Shown here: in pieces, positions 1 through 13,975 of the stretch
Layout of the letters: every line of letters begins with the position of its first letter
How positions within the stretch are numbered: position 1 is the stretch's first letter
DNA from: Auanema rhodensis
Taxonomy: Eukaryota; Animalia; Nematoda
Length of the DNA stretch: 64,000 nucleotides
Direction of reading: 5' to 3'
Assembly (NCBI GenBank): GCA_964057225.1
Contig: OZ059898.1
Coordinates: 11,904,001 to 11,968,000, forward strand
The notes under the pieces: generated by a model
The model's database searches: none
Told to the model about the DNA's origin: nothing
What the model saw: the letters and a program-made list of their open reading frames with translations, nothing else
Position numbers and translations under genes: made by a program

Positions 1-38
1 TACTCATTTCTTAATTAATTTTATCGGACATATTAAAG

Positions 39-2882
39 GAAGGCGCTCAGCTGTTTACTGAATCTGTTAATCGACTCATCAATGATGTTTTGATGCAGGT
101 AAAAACTGTTTTAACTTTTCTTTATTAATCAAGTTCAATCTAGGAACGTGGAGATGTGACCCAGTTCAAAGACAACGGTATGACAATCAAGTTTAAGCTT
201 GACAATGAATTCGAGCTTGTCTTTTTGGTATAACCATAGTTAATCGTTTCCGACAAATTAAAAGATTACTATTCAGGTTGTCTACCAATCGATTGTCCAA
301 TTATCTTATACAGATAAACTTATTAATGATGTTTCACAGAGATTTAGGGATCTCTACAAAAATGTTCTGGAAAATAAGCACGTACGTTTGTCTTTCAAGA
401 ACTCATGTATTATTGTTTTTTTACAGCTTTTCTATCAACATGGAACAAAAGCCTTCCGTCATTTCGAGGAAGAATTTCAAAAGTATTTTTTTAATATGAT
501 AGTCATTGATTAGAAACGTTTGAATTTTTCAGTATCCTGAATGAGAATATGCGTATGAGCTTGAAAGCTAGCGAAGCTGTTAAGAAACCAAAAACATTCC
601 AGGTGGGACTTTATGTTTTAATTAATTCAAAGAAATTGCTAATACCTAATCAATTTTTGTGTGTTTTGTTTGTTGTTTTTGGTGAATTCAACGCGTATGC
701 AACCAATTTTATGCTTTATAAATGTGAAAATGAAACAGCAGTTGTATTTCGAGCACAATGATTGATCTGTGGGAATTTAGCATTTTATTTAAATAATGCA
801 CTTAGTTCATATATGACAATAATATTTTTCCCGAATTTGCGAATGTTTACTATTTCTGAACTGGATTATATTTGTAGGAGAGCGCCAAGTCTCAGAAGAC
901 TGTGGAGTCTCTTATTGTAAGCCGCCCTGGTGATGATAAAAAGGGCAAAAAAAAAGAGGATGCCAAAAAAAAAACCGATGAACAGCGAGTGTAAGAATAT
1001 ACTTTGAATTTTCTTTTTGAGCTTCGACTGACTTTAGTGATTCTGCTGATTCCGGAAGCGATTATGGATCTTCTGCTCCTGGTTCTCCAGAAGATGCAGA
1101 AATGAAGAAGAAGAGAGATGCTTTGTTTAAAAAAATGCAAGGAGGAGTTGCTAAAAAGGAACCAAAGTAATATTTATTTTTGTGTTTATATTTGCTTATG
1201 ATAATGCTTAGATCACCTGGTAAGGAAGAACCTAAAAAGAAAACAAAGCAAGCTCGTGTCTGGGCCCTAAGTGGTCAGGCAGTTGATGCCAAGTCCCTTG
1301 ATTTTTCCAGTGACAAAGATCAAGAGGTTTGTTTTTTTTATCTGGAGAGCTCAAAATAATCGAGAACTAAATTACAGGGAGGAGGTGCTCGCGAAGAAGA
1401 AGACGCTAAGTTTGTTGAAGAACAACGTCGCTTTGTTGGACAATCTGCAAATTTGCATGACTTACAAGAGTCGGATGACGAGGATTCAGAAGAGGAAGAG
1501 TAAGAGAATGAATCATAAAATGAGCTAATTCATTTTTTTTTGTGTAGGGTTGTTGCAGCTAAGGCTAACAGCGGCAGTTGGTTCAGTGCATTCAAAGATC
1601 TCGTAGGAAACAAAAAGTTAACTGCAGTTGATCTAGAACCAGTATTGGAAAAAATGAAGGAGAATCTTATCTGTAATATCAGAAATCCTAAATAATATAA
1701 GTCAATTCTGAAAATTTTCAGTGAAAAACGTTGCTGCCGAACCTGCTGACAAGATCTGTCAATCAGTTGGAAGAAAATTGGAAGGAAAGGTTATCAGCAC
1801 ATTTAGTCGTGTTAACAATGAAGTAAAGGAGGCTGTGAGAGAATCATTGACCCAAGTATATCGCTGAGATTTTTTTAAAAATAGAAAGTTCTTGTTATAG
1901 CTTCTTACTCCTAAACGTCGTGTTGATATTCTCCGTGATGTAGTTGAAGCTAAACGTGAAGGAAGACCATATGTTATCGTTTTCTGTGGAGTTAATGGTG
2001 TTGGAAAGAGTACCAATCTTGCAAAAGTATAACAAATATTTTTTCTCATACTAAACATATTTTGTTAGATTACTTTCTGGCTTAACGAGAATGGACATCG
2101 GGTTCTTATTGCTGCTGGTGATACCTTCCGTGCTGGAGCTGTCGAGCAATTACGTACTCATACAAAACATTTAAATAATCTCCACGCTAACTCTGTACAA
2201 GTATGGTTTAACTCTATAAAAGTTTGATTTAATCATGGAATTTAGTTGTACGAGCAAGGTTATGGAAAAGATGCCGCCTCTTTAGCCGCGGCTGCCATGG
2301 TCATTGCTCAGGAGCGCGGAATTGATGTTGTTCTTGTTGATACAGCTGGACGTATGCAAGATAATGAACCATTAATGAGAGAATTGGCTAAGGTAATCAT
2401 TTTCATATTCTAGTTATTTCCATTTCCCTTTTCCAGCTCATTAGACTCAATGAGCCTGATTTGGTTTTGTTTGTGGGAGAAGCTCTTGTTGGAAATGAAG
2501 CAGTAGATCAATTGGTAAAATTCAATCAGGTATTTTGTCTTCTCATCAATTTTCAATACCAAATATTGTTAAAGGCTTTGGCTGATAACGCCACTCTTGG
2601 TAAAGAGCCTCGTCTGATTGATGGTATTGTACTCACTAAATTTGACACTATTGATGATAAGGTAAGGAGTATTACTTTTTTATATCCCTTTTTAAACCAT
2701 TTTTATTATTCTGAATTCTCAGTTAATATAATTTATGCTATTTCTCTTTCTTTAAGGTGGGAGCTGCAGTTTCTATGACTTATATCACAGGGCAACCTAT
2801 AGTATTTGTTGGTTGTGGTCAGACATATTCCGATCTCCGAAATCTTAATGCCGGTGCTGTCGTTAATGCTTTGTTGAAATAG
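39..2882 (+). CDS. SRPRA: Signal recognition particle receptor subunit alpha (longin N-domain plus SRP-type GTPase); multi-exon, first exon(s) lie upstream of the window
   Basis: Spliced GT-AG exons (39-98, 144-227, 277-~380 ... 878-~991 ... 1901-2027 ... 2757-2882) give [20 protein letters not shown]|[28 protein letters not shown]|[19 protein letters not shown], matching the SRalpha N-domain. SRP-GTPase motifs present: [15 protein letters not shown] (G1), [15 protein letters not shown] (G3), LTKFD (G4). C-terminus [41 protein letters not shown]. Confidence 0.97.
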
Positions 2883-3443
2883 CTGCCATCTAAATTATTT
2901 TTTTTATTGTTTACCTAAGATATGCTTCATATGGTACAGGCCTATTCAAGAATTTAAATTTGTTAAAATTCTTGTACATCACTTTCCTTCTGGATCATTC
3001 ATGTTTAGGTGATTCCAGTTTATAATGCATACTATCTACCGTTAAGGGTCTGCTTTGTATGAAGTTGAGTGTTTGTTCTCAGGGTAGCAATCATATTCGA
3101 GCTATTTCATTTTGTTTATACACTTTGTTTCATGGTTTGGTTCAGTTGTAGTATGCAAGGAACGGTATTTATTAGCCGCTTATAAGGCTTTCTTTTATCT
3201 TTTATTTATTTATGTACACATGTGGTCATTTCTTTTGTGATACTTTTTGTGCTATTCTTGTAAGTTTCTTTCCAATTCTCAAAGCTAATAAGAGATTTTC
3301 TTTATTTTTCAATTTTGTTGCTAGCAAAAAGAAAACATGAAGACGCTTGAACCCTGAGGGAACGGATAATCCGGCAATGTGTCGGGGACTTTAGCGGAAT
3401 GTCCGACAATCTTCGAACTTGCAATCGCCATTATTTGGCTTCA

Positions 3444-6345
3444 TCAGTTTATAGTAATAGCAGCAGGCTGTTCAGAAGATTGATTTGCATGTTCTTTGAG
3501 AGAGCCTCTAGATTCGAAAGGACATGAATGGATCGATGATGCGGAACTCGATGATGGGTTCTAAATCATAACAAAATAGTCACATTAATATAAATATATG
3601 ATCGAAGAACCTCTTCTGTTACGCTTTTATGTCGTTGAATCTTTGGGGAAAAGGGCATATTATGCAGTCGTCGTGCTAAACCGGCAACTCCTTCCGATGT
3701 CTCTGGTATTATTGGTTGTTGTTGGCTTGATGTTTCTTCAGCATGAGCTGGCTGCACATCCGAATCTGTTGATTCCTGAATAATTCAAATGATAGTTAAA
3801 AAAGTCACACGTTTTCTCTGGAAGTAGTCCGAAAAATCAACTTACATTGTGAAGATGACGAGTGGCATGATGTAAGACAGTTGACTGTTTAGGGAAAACA
3901 GCATGCTGACTGTTCCGATTTTCTTCGAACCCGGCGCGAAGCTGCAACAAGCGTTCATGAATCAAAGATTCAGTAACGTAAAATTTCTTACTTGATCCAC
4001 TATACAGGCGGTTAATATAACCCAAGCTTGTCCTGCACCAGGTAAGTCTCGTACAGCTTCTTGGGCTAAAACAACATCGATGATGACTTCACCCAGTTTT
4101 TCCCAGTATGCTCCCGTTAAGCCATACGGACGTAGAGATCCATGGGCTCGTCCTGAATTTGAACTTTGAATAGAAGGGCAAATATAGTAAAATGAAATTT
4201 GAACGATAGAATTCATTCAAACGTAGCTGAACGAAATGATTCGGCTAGAAATAATAAAGAGAGGATACAACCGCTCGAGACATCAGCAAGTCAAAAAAAA
4301 TGAAAAATGCATGACTAACATGAAAGCTGTTGACGTGAACTAACGTGAAAATTTAAAAAAAATGTAAAAATCGTTATTCAGAAATCATATTTGATATAAA
4401 CAGTTTCAGATACAGGTTATAGGCATTGAAGATATGCAACAAAATTCCTACTATACCACTCACCTAACATTCGAGGATCAAGCTCCGTACCCGTGTCTGT
4501 TCGCTTGCTTTTCTCAACATCCAGATTTTTTATTATATTATCAACCATTTTTACAGTAACCTTTAAAAAATTAATTAAATATATGTCTAAATTAAGATTA
4601 ATTATTTTCAAATTTACCTTAGCATGATCACGTAATGAGGCCATTTCATTACGAGACATAGCACATAGAAACATACGAGTTGTAAACATATCCCGTATTT
4701 GAGGTAAACATCGAATTAAACGATCGAAAACCTGACAGAGAACAAATAAAAAAGTTACACCTCTTTTAATTGGATAAAAAAAAGCAAATTGTTTACCTCT
4801 TCGAATACGTTTTCAACTCTTTTTCCACCATTTCTGGTTTGAAGTCTGTGCCATGTGAATCTGAGCCCTCGACGTTGCAGCTTGTTGAGTTTAGATTCAT
4901 AATCATATGGCTTCAATGTAGAAGTTGTTGCAGGTTCTAAATAAAAAATATTTTTAATTTGATATACAATACATATAACATAGTATATCGTACAATCACT
5001 AACCTTGAGTTAATGCTTCACATAGGCTCGGCATGCTGCTGGTGCGCCGAACAGTGGTTCCGTCGAGTGAGGAATCGCCGGATCCTCCCAACGTCTTCTG
5101 ACGGACTGCCTTCCGACTGCTGAAAACCAAATATGAGATTTTGCAAGTTCAATCCCGCTCGGTCATGCTCTCTGTCTGTCGTTCACATTTCCAAAACCCT
5201 ATCGCCTTATTGCGTCGTCTTGTAAGTCGTCAGCAATATTCCCAACTCTTCATCGCTGTCTGACTCTCGATCAAAACAAAATATTTTGGCCGATTCACGC
5301 GCTTAACCTAATTTGTATAGCTTAACATAGCTGTTAACATAAGGCTTCAAGACGATTACAATTTTACTTTGCTTAAGTGTAGAGTAGAAAAGTATGCTGT
5401 TTGTTTTTGATAAATCACAGCATCGTCTTTTGTTCTACAACAATCTATGTTTTAAATAATTTTAAAATTATAAGATAGGTTGTTGTCAATATCAGATTAT
5501 GTTACTTAAGTTTCGATGTAATCCAAAAACATTTTTCGAATTTCACCCCCAATTTCCCCCCAATTTTTAGAATTAGACACTTGATATAGAAGTAAACACT
5601 TGCTCATTCACACATCGTTCCAAAAGATGAAGATTCAAATATTTCTCAAAAAAAATTGTTGATTCCGATCTCTTGTATTGTTTTATTAGCTTCAACAATC
5701 ACACACAAAATCAAGTTAATTATAAATATTTTTTAGAGCGAAAGACTGAAAGAGTGGAATAACAGAAAAGGAGAGATTGAAAAAACTAAGTAAAAATATA
5801 ATTATTGTTTTACTTTTGTTTCTGCATTTACCTGATACATTTAGGTTTTGAAGGACGGGAATTAGATATAGCCCTGAGGCTAGCGGAGAATCGGTTATTT
5901 CGCTTCATGTGTATTATAATACGAATATGTATATCTGGAGATTTAAATGTATGTGGATGTGAAAAGAAAAAAAATAGAAAAATGGTTGAAAAAAAAAACT
6001 GAAAAACTGGGAAAATAAAAAATGCTTGAAGGTGAAAGAAAAGCTGTAGTTGAAGTTATAAGAAGAAACAGAAGGAATGCTTAAGAAAAGAATGAGAAAG
6101 TAACCGAAAAGTCATCTTATTTTCATTTTCTTCAGTTGAAACAAGCTAAACAAGTTTACATATGAACTAAAGAAACAAATACAATGAGATGTTGAGGATG
6201 GAATAGGCAAGTGGTTGACAGCTACACATCCTCACTTGTTTGAGAGTACGTTTGATTAGATGTCCATCTATCACAATGATGGAATATATTACGTATGTAA
6301 AAGTTAGGAAGAAAGGTGGGCAGAAGGGAAAAGAGAGAAAGTTGG

Positions 6346-6386
<41 letters not shown>

Positions 6387-9300
6387 GGAACATATCGAGA
6401 GGAAATGTTCTATTGAACCTTCGAAAGATGTCTTTGGTTAGAATATTTTATATTTAAGCTGTTATTCTGAGACATCTTAGTTTGCTATAACTTAAACATT
6501 CCCAAAGAATGAAAAAAAACTTGCTTTTGTGCTAAATTGAACATAAAAAAAATAAAAATGATCACCTATAGCGTGTAAGGAAACAAACATGAAATGTAAA
6601 AAGATTGAGATATGATGGGTTTAAAGAGCTAAATATCGAGAAAGAGGAAGGAGAATGGAAGACAATGCAGAGTAAATTGAGATGGGAAACGAATGTATAA
6701 ATAGATGAAAAGATATTCAAGTTGTAGGTGTTAGTTAGTATGTACAAGTAAATTATAGAATATCTAAGCACCATGAACATTGAACACAAACGATAAGCTG
6801 GGTTGGAAAAATAAAACAGAGGTTTGTGGATGAGGCTAAGCGTTTTGTGAAGCCTATGTTGTATGCTTGTAACTAGCATCTGATTTTATTTTTGTGTCAG
6901 AATATCAGTGTTGTTAATCTGTTCGCTGATATGATCAAAGAGACAACAGAAGAAAATAAAATAAATGAGAGACATCTATGGGCTTTCCCCTTCTCAAAAA
7001 TATAAACTAAAGAAAACAAATGAAAGATGAAGTGTAATTTAGACTTATTCCAAATATTCATTGAGAGAGAAAAAAATATACAGAGACGACGCTATTGTGT
7101 GAAGTTGAAGAAATGAGCTTCGTTAGCGTAGAGGAGTAATAATGAACGCACGAACAAGCGGTAAGGCGTGTTCAAGTTGAGATATCTAACAGGGAGTAGA
7201 GGAGGGAATAGAGGGAGAGGGAGAAAGACAGTGAGAGAGAGAAAGAGAGAGAGAAAGAGAGAGAAAAGGGGAGTGAGAGAGAGGGAAAAGGAGAGTGAGA
7301 GGAAACAACAGAGAAATTACCGGATTTTTGTGAACATTTTGTTCGAATTTTTGAAACAAATTTAATATGTAAATGGATAAAAGAAGGAAACGTTAGTGAT
7401 TCCGGAACGGAAAAGGAAAATTTCTGTTTTGAGGCATCGGTGAAGATCTTTCGAGAAGATCCTCTAAGAACAGTGAGTATGAAGTATACTAGTTATCCGG
7501 TAAGTGTTGGAAAAGAGAAAATCTTTTCAAAAACATTATATATTATATTATTATTATGGCAAAAGGTTAAAAATAAAATTTATATACATACATCTAGAGT
7601 CATAGTTAAGGCGTATATCCTTAAAATGCGCAAATTTCAGCTTCGGAAACGGATAAGGAAAGAGAAAATTATAAATATATCATATATATCATATATATAT
7701 ATATATGGAAGAAAATTAATTATATGATATGATGTCATATATGAAACCTAAACTTTTTGATAAAAATTTTCAAATAAAGTGAGAAAGAGATGAAATTGCA
7801 GAATTGTGAGTCTTCATCCAGGCAGATCATCCTCACGCCCACTCCCGCACATTATTGCAAAACTTTCTAAAGGTTTTGCATCCTCCATTGGCACCAAAGA
7901 AAGTAATATTTAAAAAGAAATTCACCTTATATGCAGATTTCAATGAAAATATTTAAAACGGGAGAGAAAGTCGACTGCGAACTGAGTTTTCGTTGATTAC
8001 TGGTAGTAGGCGACAGAAGACATTGCTAATCCGTGAAAAGAAAAAAAAAGCGTTTTTGACGTTATAAGTCATGAAGCCAGAATAGAAGAAAGAAAGAGAG
8101 AGAGTAAGAGGGTGAAAATAGATATGGAATAGAAGAGAGTAGAAGTAAAGAATATCGAGAGAGATCTTCCGACGTATCTAGACAACGGATATTTTGATAA
8201 CAAATGTTTGCATTTTAGCATAGCAAACTGGAAAGATAGAAGCAAAGATTGAAATGAACATTCAGTTCGTGTTAGTTTTTTAAAGTTTTTTCTTTGATGT
8301 TTCCGCAAAATAAAACAAAAACGTTGCTCTTATTCAGCAAAAGAATAAGGAGAAGAGAGCAGAAAGCGTTTAAGATTGTCATACAAACTTGAATAGTTGA
8401 ATGAAGTTACATAAAACGAACAAGTTTTGCTATTGAAATGTGAAAGATAAGAGTTAAAAGAGATTCTATTAGAGAAATAATTTTTTTAAAAAAAAAATTT
8501 CGATATTTCCATTCAATGCTCCTAATTTCATATATAATATATACTATATATCATATAAAATTATAGTTATAATAGTTAGTATTATAATAATTTTGAGAAA
8601 TAAAATCATATATATACATAAGAAACTTATTTCAATTGTGGAAATTATGATTGTCAATTTGAAGTAAAAAAGATGAAAAAGCGTTAATTTCGAGGTATTC
8701 AAGTAGCAATTGCTTCGATAACTTGCTCAATGAGCAAAGTTTCAATCACAATTTTCAGATCTTCATGGTTTGAAGAGAAAAAAAAAGAAATTGGACGAAA
8801 AAGAATATTATGATGATGAAATTCAAATGTCTTACAAATGAAAAAGATTAATGAAAAACCCTACAAAATAATATAAGATCGTTGATTGAAAGAGTAGATG
8901 CTCTAGAATAGGAAGCATTGTATTGAAGTTCAATGAAGAATTTTACTTTTTCATTTTGATTTCTTTTCTATTGTCCTTCGCCAATAATTCAAATATTTTT
9001 GCTTTTGTATATACAATATAGCTAACTTCAATATAATATGAAGAAAATATGAAAAAAAAGCTACCGTTTGGATAAACATATTTCAATCGTTTTCATTTTT
9101 GAAAAAGCAGCCAAAAAATAAAAGTTGGAATTTCTCACACGTATTCATCTCATTATTTTTGAAATTAAAATGAATAAACATACATCTATATAGTTATAGT
9201 TATAGTTATAGTATAGTATACTGTATATGAGCCAAATTCTAGATAACTTTGTTTAGTAAACTAACGAAAAGCCGTCTAAGCTCAGATAAATCAGACATAC

Positions 9301-10247
9301 ATACATGCCATGTGACTTACTGTACTCGTACAACTCACATAAGTTATGGTATTTCTAATACTTAGTTCATAGTACATGGATTATGGATTATACTATGTAT
9401 CTCAAAGTTTGAGAATAAAGGCTTAGAAATTACAGCTTATAACGATCTATATATAGATAGATAGATATATAACATCATATTCTATTGTGTATTATTAGAG
9501 GATGGATTAATTTCAAATTCTGAGTATGTCCGATTCAGATTTTCTAAATGTTTTTGGTCAAAAATCAATAATTCTAATTATACGTTTTAGCAGAAAAAAA
9601 GAAGTTATAATCTTCATAAAAGTATATGTGTTATTTGGATTAATATTAATATTTTTTTATATCAAAAATATATAACTGATGCTAACCATTTTCGATTACG
9701 TGGGGCACTTGTTCCAGGTTGTTCATCCAATTCCACCTCTTCATATGAGCTTGGACTACTTTTCCGGTGACGGGCTAATCGACGAGACACCTAAATAGAT
9801 AAGTAATTAATATATACAAAACGAACCAAATAAACTAATTATAAAATTATAATTAATTTTTTTTTTGAAATTTAATTAACAGTAATATTATTTTTTTGAA
9901 TTTTATCTAGACTTAAGCACGAAATTATAAAACAATTCACTTGTTTGGGTTGTTGTTATGAACCGAGGACGCTCTCGTGAACCCTTACACTCAAAAATGA
10001 TTGTCCAAAGTACACGGATAATCATTTTTTTCACGTGAATGTGTACAAACGGTTGTATTTATATAGCAAAATTCATATAATTTTAAGATAAACTATATAT
10101 AATTTATAATATAAATATAAATTTAAATGAATATATGACCTGTTGTAGAGTTTGAGCTGCTTCTAATGCTGCTGCTTCTCCTTTTTCTTGCTGCTCTAAC
10201 TCATGAAGTAGACGACGTCCGCGCACAATTTTTGCTATCAAAAACAT
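3444..10247 (-). CDS. Nematode globin-family protein (GLB type) with long N- and C-terminal extensions, ~405 aa, 10 coding exons
   Basis: Phase-consistent exons: 10247-10140, 9790-9687, 5119-5004, 4936-4797, 4731-4618, 4560-4464, 4152-3992, 3941-3846, 3775-3611, 3560-3444 (1218 nt). Globin hallmarks: LRFTW (A helix), IRDMF (CD1 Phe), SLRDHAK (E7 His), LGRAHGSL (F8 His), YWEKLGEVII (G helix), GQAWVILTACIVDQLRAGF (H helix). The first two exons rest on splice signals and frame only. Confidence 0.9.
6350..6382. repeat. (GA)n microsatellite in globin intron
   Basis: Direct reading of the sequence. Confidence 0.95.
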
Positions 10248-10257
10248 TGTATTTAAT

Positions 10258-10265
10258 CTGAAAAA
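10258..10265 (-). promoter_or_regulatory. TTTTCAG acceptor 10 nt upstream of the globin ATG (probable SL trans-splice site or 5'UTR acceptor)
   Basis: Minus strand reads TTTTTCAG|ATTAAATACA ATG, the nematode acceptor consensus. Confidence 0.55.
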
Positions 10266-12514
10266 TAATATTTTCCGTAATTAATTATATAATTTGAAAA
10301 CAACAAATGAAAAGAAGTTCTTATATAAATGAATAAATGAATAAGATTAAGCCGATCTGTTTCTTTCGAATTTTTTTTTATTTTTCGCCCTTTTGTCATT
10401 GTTGAGGTTTCTAACAAATCGGAATGATGAAGTATAAAGCTATAACTGGCTTATCGCATGTCATGAGTCGATTCACTACTCTGATAATGTAGCTTTCTGA
10501 TTAGTTTTCATGACTTTTTTTCAATTAGCCTCAATTAAAAAAGTTGAAAAAACCTTAATTTTGAAAACTGTATAGTTTATATATACATATAGGTTTCAGG
10601 ATATACATACATACTTAGATGTATATATAGTTTCAATTATAAATATATAATTAAATATTCAAACTAATAAGTTGAACTTGCTTTTGAATAAGTTATTGAA
10701 AAAATATCCCATAAAAAGCTTATGAGGCTAACTACATTAAGTAAAGGAAGTTGCTAATTTTGAATAATTTCTCTTCACATAAACAAGACGAAAATAGAAA
10801 AGCAAAGTAATGACAGTTGTTTGAAGTTATAAGAAAAAGAAGAAAATGATGATGAAAACGAAGAAGAAGACGAAGAAGGTAAGACTTAGAATTAGATTCT
10901 CAGACGGAAAACTGATGCTATCGCCACTTACTTAAGGAAGTAGTACGTTTGAGGATTTAACTTTTTATTTTTCTTCACTTCGATAAACATTTTATTTTTA
11001 TTGAAAATCACAAAAGAATATGTATGTGTACTCAGTAAAGCATGGCATGATGCTATTCTATTCATATAAGAACTAAACTTATACTCTGAATAGTGCCACT
11101 GATCAAATCAATTTGCAATTTATGGTTTCTTTGTTCTCGTAAATCAGGATTTTGAGTTGAAAAAAACATTAATTTCCTCAATCTTACTTAAGATAGTTGA
11201 GTTTTAAATAACACATAAATCACTTTAGAATCATTTGAATGAATTCTTCTCTCATATTATTCAAATCATGAACTTTCATGCTCTTTCTCTCAGACTGAGA
11301 TCAACAAGGACAATAGGAAATGAAACTAGAAAAAAAAAAGTTTTAGTTAAGTAATTAATGAAAAGGAAAAAAAATGAAAAAAGTGATTGAAGAAGGACAG
11401 AGTGATGTATAGCTTTTTGAATTTTTCATCTTTTTTTTCTGCACACATGGTATATAGCTTATATACATCTTTGAGATGAAATTAGGTTTCAAAATGAAGT
11501 TTTGCTGGATTTTCGCAAAGAAAATTAACTGGAAGAATTGCTAATGTGTATTTTTCTTTTTGTTCTAAAAATGATCAAATCGTCATAGTCATTAGTTCAC
11601 AAATCGTTTCTTAAATTACTTCAATTGCTTGAAGAAGATATGGAAAAATATTTGTAAAGATTATTATTATTTGATGAAAGAAAATAACAAAAAAAAGATA
11701 CGAAAAGGTTGAGTGACCTATGAAGCTAATAAAACAACTTACTGAGAACATGATTGAGTATTAAAAACATTTTTTGGTTAATGTTCAAGCCATAAGGCTA
11801 AGAAGTGAAGGGGTTGGGGGCTGATTTTTATTATATTATGATTATATAACTACATTATATGACTTTAAAGGATATAAAAATGTAATTTAATGTCTAATTG
11901 GATACATTAACTACAAATATTTCGCAATAAGACATACAAAATTAAAAAAAAAAGGAAAAAAAAAAGAAAATTTTGTAGGAGCATGTATGTATGAGTAGAA
12001 AGAAGATACATTCAAAATTTGTAGATTATACTATTACGTATGAAAGAAAATATATTTTCAATAAAATACATATTAATGTAGTTGAACTATCAGTTCAGTT
12101 ACATTTGCTAAAAAAATTTGAATTATGATATGAATGACAAAAGGTTTCATTTCAGTTTTCCATTAAAAGAAATGAGAGCAGAGGGTTCAAGCTGAAAATG
12201 CGCAATAAATTGTGATAATTCATGTCTTTGAAAATTACTTAAATGAAGTAATAAAAATATTATTAGAATGCTCTTCTGAATATAGATAGATGGTGATGAA
12301 TGAGTTAATTTCAATTCAATATCATATTAGATGCTTTGATGATGATGCTACATGGATGACCGTCGGAGAATTATTAGGTGATTTCATATCTCTTCATCTT
12401 GTTATTATAGCTTAAGTTAGATGTAGTATATAACGTTCATAAGAATAATTATTCTTTTACGTTTGAAACATCAACTCAACTATTTATCCTGAAGCTTATT
12501 GTATAGGAAAAGCA

Positions 12515-12630
12515 AGAGAGATAAAGAGAGAGAGATAAAGAGAGAGAGAGAGATAAAGAGAGAAATAGAGAGAGATAAAGAAAGAGAAAGAGAGAAATAG
12601 AGAGAGAGAGATAAAGAGAGAGAAAGAGAA
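12515..12630. repeat. Degenerate (GA)n/GATAAA tract
   Basis: Direct reading of the sequence. Confidence 0.85.
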
Positions 12631-13910
12631 ACATATGGATAGAGGAAAGGGAGAAAGAAGGACAATGAGTAGCCGTATCCGTACATATCCTAGTCTATTT
12701 CTGACATTAAAAAACGTTCAAATTCTAAAACAAAATAAGGGATATGTTACATGTGTAGCTTACTTCTTTAACAACACAAAAAAAAAGAAAAGAAATAATA
12801 TAAGTATTGAGAGTCTATATAGAATGAGAGGGAAACTAAGCGAAAAAGCAGGAAGAAAAAGAGAAATGTGTTTGAACTAACAATAATATTATATAAAATA
12901 AAATTTAAAATATTAAAATATCGATAAATACTCTTAATAATATTCCATTTCTCTGTTGCAAATATAAAAATTTAATTATGTTTCAATAGATGGTTATCCA
13001 TCTATCTATCCATCTATCTATCTGTCTATTTGAGAATTGTTTTCTCAGAAAATAAAAATGACTATGGACTCATAAGGTACAGCTTACGGAAACTAGATTT
13101 TCAAAACAAAACAACTCAAAATATTTGCGAAAAAAATGAAAATTTTTAAACAAAAAGAGCGACGACTTTTGGTTGCGACAAACAAGATCGGATAAGATAT
13201 GCCATTGGCAATAATACAATAGATGATGTGATCTCATTCATTGTAGTCTGAACCATGTAAAGTAAAGTTATAAGTTGTATTCAAGAGTTGAGACATATGA
13301 AATTGAGAAGAAATTGTAGTAAAATATGTCATAACTACGTATGAAAAGATATAATAATTATCTCTAAATATATATTAATATTATTATTTTTATTTATTTT
13401 TTTAATTTTATGATTAACATAGTTCGTTATATTCATATAATATTTTAATGATATAATAGATAAGCTTGAATATGAATTAAACATTAAATCTTTTTTTTCC
13501 TCGTTGAAAAAAATTTTAATTTGACAAGAAATTATTTTTCAAAAAAAATGCTTTGTGGGAAAATAGATCAAAGAATGTTAAAACAATAAAATGAATAAAA
13601 GAATATCTATTGAAAATTATATAAAATTGAAATAATAATTAAATAATTTTAAAATTTTCCAAGAATTAAGTTGGAAGAAAATCTTTTACAAGAGTATTGG
13701 AGGGATTGATCATCATCAGATCACATAACGTTGGCTTTTTCTCTTTCTTTTTTCTTCAAATAAATCTTCACATAAAGAAGAGAAAATGAAAACATGTGTG
13801 AGAAATATAGAACCACAGTCTATTGCTTGCTCTAAACATTTTATTTTACTAAAAGTTTCATCAAGCTTTTCCATTTCTCCCTTATACTTACAAGTTCTAC
13901 TGCCACTACG

Positions 13911-13911
<1 letters not shown>

Positions 13912-13961
<50 letters not shown>
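13912..13961. repeat. (TC)n microsatellite
   Basis: Direct reading of the sequence. Confidence 0.95.

Positions 13962-13975
<14 letters not shown>

Noticed and set aside
947-974. A9 and A10 runs in an SRPRA exon, suggesting a frameshift or assembly error
   Set aside because: The frame is intact ([15 protein letters not shown]) and fits the Lys-rich linker.
3330-3446. Selenocysteine or readthrough at the globin TGA TGA (frame stays open for roughly 40 codons)
   Set aside because: No SECIS geometry (helix too short and too close to the stop). A tandem stop argues for firm termination.
8731-8744. TGAGCAAAGTTTCA, similar to the 5' part of miR-87
   Set aside because: The 3' part of the mature sequence differs and there is no precursor-length hairpin.
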